DNA of 64,000 nucleotides from a virus (Duplodnaviria; Caudoviricetes). The notes beneath the pieces are model-generated. The model did not search any database. It saw only the letters and a program-made list of their open reading frames with translations, and had not been told where the DNA came from. Positions 45,918 to 54,859 of the stretch are shown piece after piece. Numbering within the stretch: the stretch's first letter is position 1; each line of letters opens with the position of its first letter. A program made the translations under genes and the position numbers. The stretch spans positions 17,161 to 81,160 of the IMG/VR virus record IMGVR_UViG_3300033069_001745. One strand, written 5' to 3'.

Positions 45918-46489
45918 TACCCCAGGAGCTGCCGTGCCTTGGGATCTCGGTAGCGGCTCGGCACGGGCCCGCTCTGGTCCTGGTACTTGGACCGGAGTCG
46001 GGCATCGCCGTAGGCAACGACTGCCGGGCCGGTGAGCTGGATGAAGGCGATCTGTGCAATCGACATCCCGGCATAGAGCCGGATCGGCCGGGGAGCACAG
46101 TTGTACATCTCCAAGGTGATCCGGCCGCTGAAACCGGGGTCGATGAAGCCTGCGGTGGCGTGCACCAGGAGCCCGAGCCGGGCCAGGCTGCTCTTGCCCT
46201 CCAGGCGGGCCGCGATGGTGTCACCGACAGTGATCTTCTCGGCAGTGGTCCCGAGCACGAAGCGGCCCGGGGCAATCACCATCACGTCAGCGTCATAAGC
46301 CACGTACTCCTCGATGCCGGGTACCCCCTCGATGGGGTCGACTGGCTCGGTGAAGCGCGTGTCGTACTCCATGAAGCTGCCCCCGAGGGTCAGATCAATC
46401 GAAGCAGGCTGGACCCGGGTGATGTCGAGCGGATCGATATAGATGCTGCCCATATTGATCTTGTTGAGTATTTCATTGTCGTGGAGCAT
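45914..46489 (-). CDS. dcd: dCTP deaminase
   Basis: QPASIDLTLG, EGKSSLARLGL, AGFIDPGFSGRITLE, YQDQSGP. Confidence 0.95.
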   Translation of the reverse strand: MLHDNEILNKINMGSIYIDPLDITRVQPASIDLTLGGSFMEYDTRFTEPVDPIEGVPGIEEYVAYDADVMVIAPGRFVLGTTAEKITVGDTIAARLEGKSSLARLGLLVHATAGFIDPGFSGRITLEMYNCAPRPIRLYAGMSIAQIAFIQLTGPAVVAYGDARLRSKYQDQSGPVPSRYRDPKARQLLGY

Positions 46490-46560
46490 TGCCGCATGTT
46501 ACCGGATGTTGTGAGCCATGCTGGGGTAACCTGGCGAGACCGCCGAGGGAGGGGTTCAGC

Positions 46561-48423
46561 ATGGAAGATGACGAGATCAAGGCACTGATCGCCGCGGCTA
46601 TCCGGGACCACGAAACCCGTTTCTCGCACCCGGTGATCATGACCAATGTCGACCCCAGCGGGCGCTTCCGGGTCTCGGTCGATTACACCGACGTGACCCC
46701 CGCCCCGACACCTGATCCCGGCCCCGATCCCGAGCCCACTCCTGATCCCACTCCTGATCCCGAGCCCGAGCCAACGCCCGATCCGGAACCCACGCCCGAT
46801 CCGACTCCTGATCCTATCCCGGAACCCGTTCCGGCGATCATGGACGCCCGGGTGGCGCAAGCGCTCGGGTCGAACTACACCTCGCATGTGCAGGTCGACC
46901 CCAACGGCTTCTGGGGGAACGGCTTCATCGGGTCATGGGGGAACCCTAACGAGGGGTGGCGCTGGGCGATGCCCACCATCATTCGACCCGGGGTCTACTC
47001 GGTGAAGGTGCGCTACCAGTGCGCTGCCCCGCCCGCCACGCGTCTGCTGAACGGCGTCATGGCCATCTTCTCTCGCACCGCTCCCGATGACGATTGGGCG
47101 GCGGGGACGTGGACCACCCAGATCGTCACCGGGGTGCCGATCGACGGAAAGCTCGACATCGTGGTGCCTGCCGACACGGCACCGTGGTCGAACTGGCTCG
47201 ACTTCAACGGCATCGTTGACCTCGTGCGCACGGGTGACCTTCCCGTGGTTACTCCCACGCCGACCCCTCCGCCCACGCCTACTCCCGACCCAACTCCTCC
47301 GCCCACGCCTACGCCTACGCCGGTAGGGGTGAGCGTCGCGGCCTACGGGGTGAAGCCCGGGACCAATGACCAGCAACAGGCCATCCAGAACATGCTGGAT
47401 CAGGCGCCCGAGAACACGGTGCTGCTCTTCCCCAAGGGTGAGTATCTGCACTCCGGTTCGCTCCGGGTGCGCAAGAAGGGGCTCGTTCTGCACGGCGAGA
47501 CCGGGGCCACGTTGATCGGCACCAAGCCCAACGACATGGCGGTGATGCTTCTGGCCGAGTCGACGATGCTCAGCAACCTCGTGATCCAAGGCACGGGCAC
47601 CCAGCGCCTGGCCGAGCGCGAGCACTGCGGCATCTGCGCCTTCTCGACCAAGAACGTCACCATCCGGGACTGCACTGTGCGGCGCTCCAGCTCGGCGGGT
47701 ATCTACATCGAGGGCGTAGATGGGTTCACCGTGTTCCGCAACACGGTGGAGGACACGCTCTCCGACTCGATCCATACCACCGGCGGGGCGAAGAACGGTC
47801 GGGTGCTGAACAACACCGTGGCCCGCTCGGGTGACGACATGTACGCCGTGGTGACCTACGGTGGGCAGACGCCGTGCTCGTCGATCATCTTCGCCAACAA
47901 CGTCGGGAACACGGGGAAGGCCCGGGGCATGTCGGTGGTCGGGGGCGAGAATATTGTTTTCTCGCTGAACACGATCCAGAACACTCGCTGTGCGGGCATC
48001 TACATCGCTTCCGAGCCGAGTTACTCCACCGAGGCCCCGAAGCGGGTGCGGATCGCCAACAACACCCTCCTGGCCACCAACTATGACGCCTCGGTGGATC
48101 ACGGCGGGATCTTGATCTGGGGCGGCCGGGACAACAAGCCCGCCGTAGACATCGTGGTCGATCGCAACGTCATCTCGGACACGGTGGCTGGCCCGGCGCA
48201 CCTCTCCACCCACGGCACCGTCACTGGGGCGTGGTTCACCGGGAACGCCACCTCGGGCTCGAAGCGCCACCAGTACGTAGCTATCGCTGATTCGGCCTGG
48301 CGACGCACCGGGGCTACCCACAACGGCACTCCTGTGGCTGACGGGGGCAAGCTCACCGGCTGGCCGCCCACGATCAATGATCCGGCCATCGTTGCCGAAT
48401 CCATTCGCTCTATCCAGGGATGA
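46561..48423 (+). CDS. CBM + PT-linker + pectate-lyase-like beta-helix protein (depolymerase-like)
   Basis: SD GGAGG plus ATG 46561; PD/PT-rich linkers; beta-helix paralogous to the one in the giant tail protein. Confidence 0.8.
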   Translation: MEDDEIKALIAAAIRDHETRFSHPVIMTNVDPSGRFRVSVDYTDVTPAPTPDPGPDPEPTPDPTPDPEPEPTPDPEPTPDPTPDPIPEPVPAIMDARVAQALGSNYTSHVQVDPNGFWGNGFIGSWGNPNEGWRWAMPTIIRPGVYSVKVRYQCAAPPATRLLNGVMAIFSRTAPDDDWAAGTWTTQIVTGVPIDGKLDIVVPADTAPWSNWLDFNGIVDLVRTGDLPVVTPTPTPPPTPTPDPTPPPTPTPTPVGVSVAAYGVKPGTNDQQQAIQNMLDQAPENTVLLFPKGEYLHSGSLRVRKKGLVLHGETGATLIGTKPNDMAVMLLAESTMLSNLVIQGTGTQRLAEREHCGICAFSTKNVTIRDCTVRRSSSAGIYIEGVDGFTVFRNTVEDTLSDSIHTTGGAKNGRVLNNTVARSGDDMYAVVTYGGQTPCSSIIFANNVGNTGKARGMSVVGGENIVFSLNTIQNTRCAGIYIASEPSYSTEAPKRVRIANNTLLATNYDASVDHGGILIWGGRDNKPAVDIVVDRNVISDTVAGPAHLSTHGTVTGAWFTGNATSGSKRHQYVAIADSAWRRTGATHNGTPVADGGKLTGWPPTINDPAIVAESIRSIQG

Positions 48424-48429
48424 TCGAGG

Positions 48430-48714
48430 ATGCGGGTAGAGGTCGAGGTATCTAATGTCGATTTCGATGTCATTCAGGCGGGTCCCGCGAGGAATATTCT
48501 GCCGTCGAGCGTGCAGCTTGCGGTTATCGCTGCGGTCAAGCAGATGCCTCATAGGATCAAGGTTGACGATGTAGTGACATTAAGGGGCGGTGAGTTTAAG
48601 TACACGGTGCGATCGATTGTCGATGGCGTAGCGTGGCTGTGGGGCGACGACCGAAAGCTGTCGGTTGCTGTCGATGAACTGCGGCTTGTCGAACCTTCGG
48701 TGGAGGCTCAGTGA
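48430..48714 (+). CDS. Small hypothetical protein (SH3-like C-terminus)
   Basis: 'IKVDDVVTLRGG...YTVRSIVDGVAWL'. Confidence 0.6.
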   Translation: MRVEVEVSNVDFDVIQAGPARNILPSSVQLAVIAAVKQMPHRIKVDDVVTLRGGEFKYTVRSIVDGVAWLWGDDRKLSVAVDELRLVEPSVEAQ

Positions 48715-49010
48715 TGGACAACATCACGTTCACGGTCCAGATGACCGTGCGCCAAGCACAGAGCATCGTCGACATCCGTGACAGGTACTGGATTGACTGG
48801 CCGAAGGACTCCCGCGAGGCGATGGAAGCCGTCGAGAAGGCCATCAAGGCTGCTCTGCCGAAGCCGATCGAGGAGGGCTGCACGGTCGACCTCACCGACG
48901 GCAGCAAGGGCCGGGTCCTCGACGTGTTCTGCGATTACGCCTGGGTGGTGCGAGGCGACGAAGCTGAGCCGATCACCCGCTACCTGCGAGGAATGCGGAG
49001 GGTGGACTGA
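48714..49010 (+). CDS. Small hypothetical protein (SH3-like C-terminus)
   Basis: TGATG coupling; similar to 51883..52224. Confidence 0.6.
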   Translation: MDNITFTVQMTVRQAQSIVDIRDRYWIDWPKDSREAMEAVEKAIKAALPKPIEEGCTVDLTDGSKGRVLDVFCDYAWVVRGDEAEPITRYLRGMRRVD

Positions 49011-49240
49011 TGGCCCTGACCGCCACCGAGGTTATCGAACAGGCGATCGCCAGGTGGCTGAACTGCCACGGCATCGATGTGCTCGACGCCCTCGAACGGG
49101 CTGGCTACCACATCGCGAAGCCAGGCCAGGCCAGGCAGTCTCGGCCGACGGCGTGCTGTGCGATCTGGTCCCCGTGTTCGACCGCGAATGGCTCTACCGC
49201 CTCGTGCCCGTGGATGGTGCGTCATGACCTTGTCACCTGA
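49010..49240 (+). CDS. Hypothetical protein
   Basis: Coupled ORF. Confidence 0.55.
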   Translation: MALTATEVIEQAIARWLNCHGIDVLDALERAGYHIAKPGQARQSRPTACCAIWSPCSTANGSTASCPWMVRHDLVT

Positions 49241-49487
49241 GCAACTAGTCGCTATCCGCAGAAGTGCCGAGAGCAATGTGCACTGGGGTCGGCCTGGCAC
49301 CGGAGTCGCGGAGGCCGGGGAGGCGACGCTGAAGCTGCTCGATGGGATCGACCGCCTACGTGCACTCACCGACGAGGCGTTGCGCTTTGGCTTCAAGCGC
49401 GGCATCCGGTGGTATGTCGCGGGCGACGAAGAAAGCTCAGTCGTTCTCGATGGTCTGCTAGCAGAGTATCGAAAGGAGGCACCGTGA
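49224..49487 (+). CDS. Hypothetical protein
   Basis: ATG 49224 (MTLSPEQL...). Confidence 0.55.
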   Translation: MTLSPEQLVAIRRSAESNVHWGRPGTGVAEAGEATLKLLDGIDRLRALTDEALRFGFKRGIRWYVAGDEESSVVLDGLLAEYRKEAP

Positions 49488-49729
49488 CTCGGCCGAGTGA
49501 CGCCCTGCCCGTCTACGTGTTCGCCGAGGTCAAGCGGCCTGTGTTCCACGCGCCCGGCGGGGCGTTACGCGTTGTCCGCGATGTCACAGCGCACACGACG
49601 TTGTGCGGGCGCGTGCTCGGCACCTGGCGCGCCGGCCGGCTCACTGAACACGCAACTCGCTTGCGCCGTGACTGGGCCAACAAGATTGGTACGCCCTGCG
49701 CCAAATGTTTCCCGGGAGATTTATTGTGA
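49484..49729 (+). CDS. Hypothetical protein
   Basis: SD AAAGGAGG; 'HTTLCG...CAKCFP'. Confidence 0.65.
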   Translation: MTRPSDALPVYVFAEVKRPVFHAPGGALRVVRDVTAHTTLCGRVLGTWRAGRLTEHATRLRRDWANKIGTPCAKCFPGDLL

Positions 49730-49744
49730 GTTTTGGTGGTTGTG

Positions 49745-49963
49745 ATGAATCGTGATGAGTCGATGATGCAGTTCTTTGCATACGAGCATTTGCCTCGTGA
49801 TCTTCGAGAGATCTCTAAACCCTTCGGTCAGTTGGCCCGGGAGATCGTGGCCAGCTTGCCCCGGAACCCGGAGCGCACGATGTCACTGCGCAAGCTTCTC
49901 GAAGCGAAGGATTGCGCAGTGCGAGCGGCGCTCTACGTGACCGTTGAAGGAAGCCATGACTGA
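49745..49963 (+). CDS. Small helical-hairpin phage protein, possibly Acb2/Tad1-like
   Basis: 'QFFAYEHLP...SKPFGQLA...LPRNPERTMSLRKLLEAKDCAVRA'. Confidence 0.45.
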   Translation: MNRDESMMQFFAYEHLPRDLREISKPFGQLAREIVASLPRNPERTMSLRKLLEAKDCAVRAALYVTVEGSHD

Positions 49964-50384
49964 GCCCGGGTCTGAAGAGACCGTGGAGTATCTCTACTGC
50001 CTGCCCGGGTCTGACGACATGTTCACCGACCCGAGTGACGTGATCGAGGAGTTCGACTACACCGGGGACCCGGAGCAGGATGCAGACCTTCCGGAGAACA
50101 TCGAGGTTTGGTCAAGGCTTCCCGCTCATTATTTCCTTCCAACCACCGACTTTATCATCTCGAAGATTGAAGAGTGGATGGAGTATGGTTCCGAAGATGA
50201 TGACTTTTCACCATTTCGGGATCTCGAAGAAGTGAAGACGGCGGCAGACAATTTCTTGGCCGTCTTGGCTAGCAACATCGCGTTGCTGGCGACCAACGAC
50301 TGGGTTGGCCTTCTTCCGGTGACTTGGGGCGAACAGGTGCTCATCAACGGAGAACCGGCGTGGGTAGACGCAGCCGACGAGTGA
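49956..50384 (+). CDS. Acidic hypothetical protein
   Basis: SD GAAGG; ORF track 49944..50384. Confidence 0.6.
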   Translation: MTEPGSEETVEYLYCLPGSDDMFTDPSDVIEEFDYTGDPEQDADLPENIEVWSRLPAHYFLPTTDFIISKIEEWMEYGSEDDDFSPFRDLEEVKTAADNFLAVLASNIALLATNDWVGLLPVTWGEQVLINGEPAWVDAADE

Positions 50385-50510
50385 AGTCCTCGCGCCGGGT
50401 CGAGCCGTGCCAGGAGCCTGAACTCGACGCCCCCGACCCGTACGACCTGGATCGTGCGGTGCTTCGGTTCTGTTCATGGGTTGATGATTTCGCTGATAGG
50501 GGTGGATTTC

Positions 50511-51272
50511 GTGCCGGTGTGTCGTGAGTGCCAGGGGCTCGGATGGGTCGGGGAGCCGAACGCTACGGTGTGCGAGGAGTGCGGTGGCTCGGGAGCGGTG
50601 ACGGGCGATGTGATCTACGCCATCGACAAGTACGCGACCAATGCCGATCTGATCCTGGCTTGCCGCCGACTCGGGTACCTACGAGAGACCGACGCCATCT
50701 TGGACCCGACCTACGGGACGGCTGGAGGGTTCTGGAAGAAGTGGAACCCTCCGAACCTGAATCGCCACGACATCGTGCGGGACGGCGTGGACTTCCGTGA
50801 CCTGCCCTACCCAGATCTCAGCTTCGATGCCACGGTGTTTGATCCGCCGTATAAATTGGCGGGACGAATTGCCAACGAAGACGTGGATCGGCGGTACGGG
50901 CTCACCCGCTACGAATCCATCGACGGGCGTCACGAGCTGATGCTCATCGGGATCATGGAGTGTGCCCGGGTCACCCGGCGGCACCTACTGATCAAGTGCC
51001 AAGATCAGGTGGCCAGCGGCCGGGTGTGGTGGCAAACCCGTATGTGTGCCGATGAGGCCGAGTTGCATGGCTTCACCCTGGTTGACATGCTGCACTTCTG
51101 GCGGGGCGAGGGCAGGCCCCAGCCGGTGCGCACGAGAAAGTGCCGTGAACCGATCCACGCCACCGGGCCGGGAAGACCTTGCGCCGTCTGCGGTGGTACC
51201 GGCCGGGTGGTGTCTGGGCAGCAACACGCCCGACGCAATTACTCGACCCTCTTGGTGTGTCAACGGACCTGA
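50511..51272 (+). CDS. SAM-dependent DNA methyltransferase (DPPY) flanked by CxxCxGxG zinc motifs
   Basis: ILDPTYGTAGGFW; VFDPPY; CRECQGLG, CEECGGSG, CAVCGGTG. Confidence 0.75.
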   Translation: MPVCRECQGLGWVGEPNATVCEECGGSGAVTGDVIYAIDKYATNADLILACRRLGYLRETDAILDPTYGTAGGFWKKWNPPNLNRHDIVRDGVDFRDLPYPDLSFDATVFDPPYKLAGRIANEDVDRRYGLTRYESIDGRHELMLIGIMECARVTRRHLLIKCQDQVASGRVWWQTRMCADEAELHGFTLVDMLHFWRGEGRPQPVRTRKCREPIHATGPGRPCAVCGGTGRVVSGQQHARRNYSTLLVCQRT

Positions 51273-51287
51273 TGTGTTGATCAGGGC

Positions 51288-51316
51288 TTGACAAGCTCCC
51301 TGGGAATCCTTAGAGT
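51288..51316 (+). promoter_or_regulatory. sigma70-type promoter, probably leaderless
   Basis: TTGACA-N17-TAGAGT with ATG 8 nt downstream. Confidence 0.72.
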
Positions 51317-51323
51317 CTGGTTC

Positions 51324-51758
51324 ATGACAGACAAGAAGCCTCGGCCGAAGCGAAGCGCATGCCTGGCACTGGCTGCACTCGGGGTGGCGGGAGCCATACT
51401 CTCGGGCTGCGGGAAGGGCGAGGGCGATGCTGCCACCCCGGCCCGGGCCACGACCACCACGACCAACTGGAGCCAGCTCCAGGAGGACTGTGAGCACCGG
51501 GTGGCGGTGTACGTCGATGGGTTCCAGCAAGAGGTGCTGCGGGGCACGACGAACTACCTCACCTTGTTGCCGAGCGACAAGGGCGAGAAGGCGATGGCGC
51601 TCCAGCTCGCCAAGCAGTACGGCCATCAGATGGCTCTGTACACCTACGATCGCTCGGGGCGCTATGCGGCGGATCGCGATGCGCTCTTCTTGAAGGTGGT
51701 CGACGAGATCGAGTACGGCTGCCGCCAGCTCTACCACGCGACCTGGGAGAACCCGTGA
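51324..51758 (+). CDS. Lipoprotein
   Basis: Basic N-terminus, hydrophobic core, lipobox ILSGC. Confidence 0.7.
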   Translation: MTDKKPRPKRSACLALAALGVAGAILSGCGKGEGDAATPARATTTTTNWSQLQEDCEHRVAVYVDGFQQEVLRGTTNYLTLLPSDKGEKAMALQLAKQYGHQMALYTYDRSGRYAADRDALFLKVVDEIEYGCRQLYHATWENP

Positions 51759-51882
51759 TGCAGCAACAGACCGTCGGCCCGGACCCCGGGCCCAGGGATC
51801 GTATCGAAACCGCACTGGTGGTCACGCTGGGGCTCTTCCTGGTGGGCGTCCTGTGGCTCTGGATGCTCGTGGAGGCCACGTC

Positions 51883-52224
51883 ATGACCATGCCCACTACG
51901 ACGTTCACCGTCACGCTCGATACCGACCAGGCGCGTCAGGTGGTTGAATACCTGTTGGATCTCAATCCCCCGGGACATTTGGTTGAGAGTGGTCTCAGCG
52001 TCATCATCACCGCCATCGACGGCGCGCTCCCCCGCCTTATTAGGGTCGGGAGTTTCGTGCGCTACCTCAAGGGTAGCGAGCGCGACAGTGACCCTGACGA
52101 CATCGGTCCTTGGTGGGGATCACGCATGGAGGTGCTGGCGATTCGCCAGAATCACGCCTATGTCATCGACGCCACCGGCGATGCTGACCGATTCCACGTC
52201 GACACGTTGGAGGTGGTCGAATGA
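51883..52224 (+). CDS. Hypothetical protein (SH3-like C-terminus)
   Basis: SD GGAGG; resembles 48714..49010. Confidence 0.6.
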   Translation: MTMPTTTFTVTLDTDQARQVVEYLLDLNPPGHLVESGLSVIITAIDGALPRLIRVGSFVRYLKGSERDSDPDDIGPWWGSRMEVLAIRQNHAYVIDATGDADRFHVDTLEVVE

Positions 52225-52709
52225 ACGCCCGGATGCGGCTCCTAGGGGTTCTCGTGGCTGCCCTGGGTTTCTCTGGCCTTCTGGCTGGCTGTGGCGGGGG
52301 AGACAAGTACGGTGACCCCGATCAGGCGGCGGAGGTTGCCTTGGGGTACTTCCGAGACCTGATTACCCCGGGGCGCGAAGCGGCGGCCTGGGATCGCCTC
52401 CATCCCAAGGCGCAAGTCTCAACTACCCGTGAGGCATATATTTCTTGTCTTCGAGAGACTGGCCCGAGTACCAATTCCATCTCTTCACTCGTAGAGGTTT
52501 ATGTCGACTTCGTCACGATAGATGCCTGGAGATCGGAGAGTGGTAAGGAGTTCTTTGGTCAGAGTGTGGATGTTGTGATTCATCATCCTGATCCGAGTGT
52601 CAAAGATCAGAAGATTCGGGCCTGGGTTTCTGGGAATCGTGTGGTGAGCACGGCGGTTCAGTACACGGGACGAACCGGCACGCTCGCTTGTGCTGAGGTT
52701 CCCAAGTGA
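52221..52709 (+). CDS. Lipoprotein
   Basis: Signal peptide with lipobox LLAGC. Confidence 0.7.
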   Translation: MNARMRLLGVLVAALGFSGLLAGCGGGDKYGDPDQAAEVALGYFRDLITPGREAAAWDRLHPKAQVSTTREAYISCLRETGPSTNSISSLVEVYVDFVTIDAWRSESGKEFFGQSVDVVIHHPDPSVKDQKIRAWVSGNRVVSTAVQYTGRTGTLACAEVPK

Positions 52710-53050
52710 CGGCGATGATTGGGGTATCGACATGGTTGACGAACAACACCCAAGAGTCGAAGATGAGTACGGATTTGTACGGTACCGCGCTCATTGCAAT
52801 GATTGTGGTACCTATGTCGAAGATTGGTTCGATGAGCCACCGGTTGACTATTTGTGCGAGCGCTGCGAAGAGGGTGATGTGAGGATGTCCACGTGACGGT
52901 CTACAGCGACTACTACCGGCTCGCCGCGCTCAAGGCGTGCGGGGTGAAGTGCCGCCATAGCAAGTGTGAGTTGGCCCGGGAGGCGAATCGAGCGCTCCGG
53001 GAGCTAGAGGGCCTTCGGAACGAAGTGGTTGATCTGTTCAAGAGGTTGTT

Positions 53051-53266
53051 GTGACGACCTCGGAGCAGTGCGAAGCGGTGTGTCCGTTTGGGTCTCGGTG
53101 TGCCAGCGACGCCGGGCCACATCCTGAGCACTATGCCCATGTGGCGGGCGCCTGGGTGTTCTGGGTCAACGAGAGCTATCGGCCGCCCCAGGACCCGATG
53201 CAGCAGATGCGGCGCCTCTCCCATGAGTCTCTGAAACGCCGGTACCAACGAGGTGAGGACCAATGA
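53051..53266 (+). CDS. Hypothetical protein
   Basis: Coupled small ORF; 'CEAVC..G.RC....GPHPEH'. Confidence 0.5.
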   Translation: MTTSEQCEAVCPFGSRCASDAGPHPEHYAHVAGAWVFWVNESYRPPQDPMQQMRRLSHESLKRRYQRGEDQ

Positions 53267-53571
53267 GCACGGAGTTTCCATTTCTACGAGACCTTCGGGC
53301 GTTTACGCAGGGCGAGGCCATTTGCTTTGCCGTGTTGGCAGCGATGCGGTCGGTTTCCCGGGGAATGTACGGCTACTACCCATTCCTGGGGGATGAGTCG
53401 TGGTCGCTCTTTCAGCGGGCTACCGACACCATCCACGATGAACTGGTCGACATCCGAGACAAGTACCCAGACCACGGGCTGTGGACTGACGACGAGGCGC
53501 TCTGGGCTGAGTCGGTGATGGAGCGAATCGTGGATATGCAAAGAGTTGTGATGGGTGATGGGTGTGCCTGA
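53263..53571 (+). CDS. Hypothetical protein
   Basis: SD GAGG; ATGA coupling. Confidence 0.6.
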   Translation: MSTEFPFLRDLRAFTQGEAICFAVLAAMRSVSRGMYGYYPFLGDESWSLFQRATDTIHDELVDIRDKYPDHGLWTDDEALWAESVMERIVDMQRVVMGDGCA

Positions 53572-53938
53572 CGGTGGGTTCTCGCTCACCCAGAACCAAG
53601 CCAGAGAGTTGGCTGATGAACCTCGCATCGTGGTGAATGAGCGCACCGGCGGGATGAAGGAGACCAAGCTCGAACGCTTCGATCTCATCCCGCCCGACGT
53701 GCTCGCCCTCCTGGCTCGGCACTACGGCCGGGGAGCGGAGAAGTACGCCCCCAACCAGTGGCGCAAGGGCTACGACTGGAGCTTGAGCTACGCAGCGCTC
53801 CAGCGCCACCTCAACGCTTACTGGGGCGGGGAGGAGGATACCGAGACGGGCTCGCTCCACCTCATAGCGGCCGCGTGGCACTGCTTCACGCTCACGTGGT
53901 TCTCCGGTCATCATCCCGAGCTGGATGACCGCCCGTAG
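53555..53938 (+). CDS. dATP/dGTP diphosphohydrolase (DUF5664-like)
   Basis: 'RFDLIPP...LARHYGRGAEKYAPNQWRKG...LQRHL..YWGGE..D.ETG..HL..AAW'. Confidence 0.8.
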   Translation: MMGVPDGGFSLTQNQARELADEPRIVVNERTGGMKETKLERFDLIPPDVLALLARHYGRGAEKYAPNQWRKGYDWSLSYAALQRHLNAYWGGEEDTETGSLHLIAAAWHCFTLTWFSGHHPELDDRP

Positions 53939-53945
53939 GTCTCAT

Positions 53946-54020
53946 GGCGACGCCGGGCCAGGAGGGGTGAGGAACGGTATGGCGAGGCGGCGTATGGCTG
54001 GGACCGGAAGGGCAAGGCAG
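53946..54020 (+). repeat. Pentamer array 1 (15 x GGY-NN), putative guide RNA
   Basis: GGCga CGCcg GGCca GGAgg GGTga GGAac GGTat GGCga GGCgg CGTat GGCtg GGAcc GGAag GGCaa GGCag; non-coding. Confidence 0.88.
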
Positions 54021-54051
54021 GGGCAGTACACACAACAGTCTCATTCTTCAC

Positions 54052-54101
54052 GGTGAGGTCTGGCGTGGCATGGTTTGGAGCGGCATCGCAAGGCAAGGTT
54101 A
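54052..54101 (+). repeat. Pentamer array 2 (10 x GGY-NN), putative guide RNA
   Basis: GGTga GGTct GGCgt GGCat GGTtt GGAgc GGCat CGCaa GGCaa GGTta, preceded by ATTCTTCAC. Confidence 0.88.
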
Positions 54102-54124
54102 TAATAACCCGATAATTATCCATC

Positions 54125-54170
54125 TGTCATGATATGACATGAGAAATCTAGAGTAGAGATGTTCTAGATT
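54125..54170. promoter_or_regulatory. Two inverted repeats in the AT-rich leader of the RAMP gene (operator candidates)
   Basis: TGTCAT-gat-ATGACA (54125-54139) and AATCTAGA-N10-TCTAGATT (54145-54170). Confidence 0.45.
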
Positions 54171-54235
54171 GCCGTGAAGTCTGATCGCACATCTGCTAGA
54201 AATTTCTGTGTTCAAAGGTTGAGAGGAAGATCGCT

Positions 54236-54859
54236 ATGAAGAGGGTTTCGTTGGATATCACCGGGGTGGGGCCAATGCTGATGCACAGTGATCGGCTCGC
54301 TAATCCCCGTGACCCCATCGTGCGTGAGATCAAGCTCATCACGTCGAAGCGCACGATGACCGACGAGGACCTCGACGAGAAGTCTTGGCTGGAGTTCCAG
54401 GGTGGGCTGTACTGGTTCGAGGGCGCGGCCGACGAGATCGGCGGGGTCTACCTGCCCGCCTGGAACTTCAAGCGGTCCTTCCAAGATGGAGCGAAGATCA
54501 ACCGCCTGGGGCAACACGTGTCCCGTGGGGTGGCTCTGCTTCATGAGCGATGCATGCTCAACTTCCCGGGCCGAGATCACGCATCGGGTGTGCGCAAGAC
54601 CGAAGCAGACCTCTTTGCCGAGGGCACTCGGTTCGCCTACACCTGTCTCGTCGGGGTGCAGAATAGTCGGGTGCTCCGGACTCGACCGAAGTTCGTCGGC
54701 TGGAGCACCAACATCACCGTGGCTGTTGACCCCATGGTGCTCGATGTCGACGGTTTTGTAGACATCGCTGCTCGGGCCGGGCGTATGGTTGGCATCGGTG
54801 ACTTCCGTCAACAGTATGGGCGATTCGAGGTGTCGAATGTTTCAATCGAAGATCTCTGA
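54236..54859 (+). CDS. Standalone RAMP/Cas7(Csm3)-like protein
   Basis: N-terminal beta strand 'LDITGVGPMLMH'; 'YLPAWNFKRSF' (cf. RAMP 'IPGSSLKG'); 'RTRPKFVGWSTNITV'; C-terminal G-rich loop 'AGRMVGIGDFRQQYGRFEV'. Confidence 0.75.
   Translation: MKRVSLDITGVGPMLMHSDRLANPRDPIVREIKLITSKRTMTDEDLDEKSWLEFQGGLYWFEGAADEIGGVYLPAWNFKRSFQDGAKINRLGQHVSRGVALLHERCMLNFPGRDHASGVRKTEADLFAEGTRFAYTCLVGVQNSRVLRTRPKFVGWSTNITVAVDPMVLDVDGFVDIAARAGRMVGIGDFRQQYGRFEVSNVSIEDL

Noticed and set aside
46700-47320. Tandem CCC/GAT-type DNA repeats
   Set aside because: They encode PD/PE/PT linkers of the beta-helix protein (likewise 21700-21770).
53911-54123. Minus-strand 70-aa ORF over arrays 1-2 (and 55170..55415 over array 3)
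   Set aside because: Low-complexity P/R/S translation produced by the pentamer repeats; no SD or coding bias.
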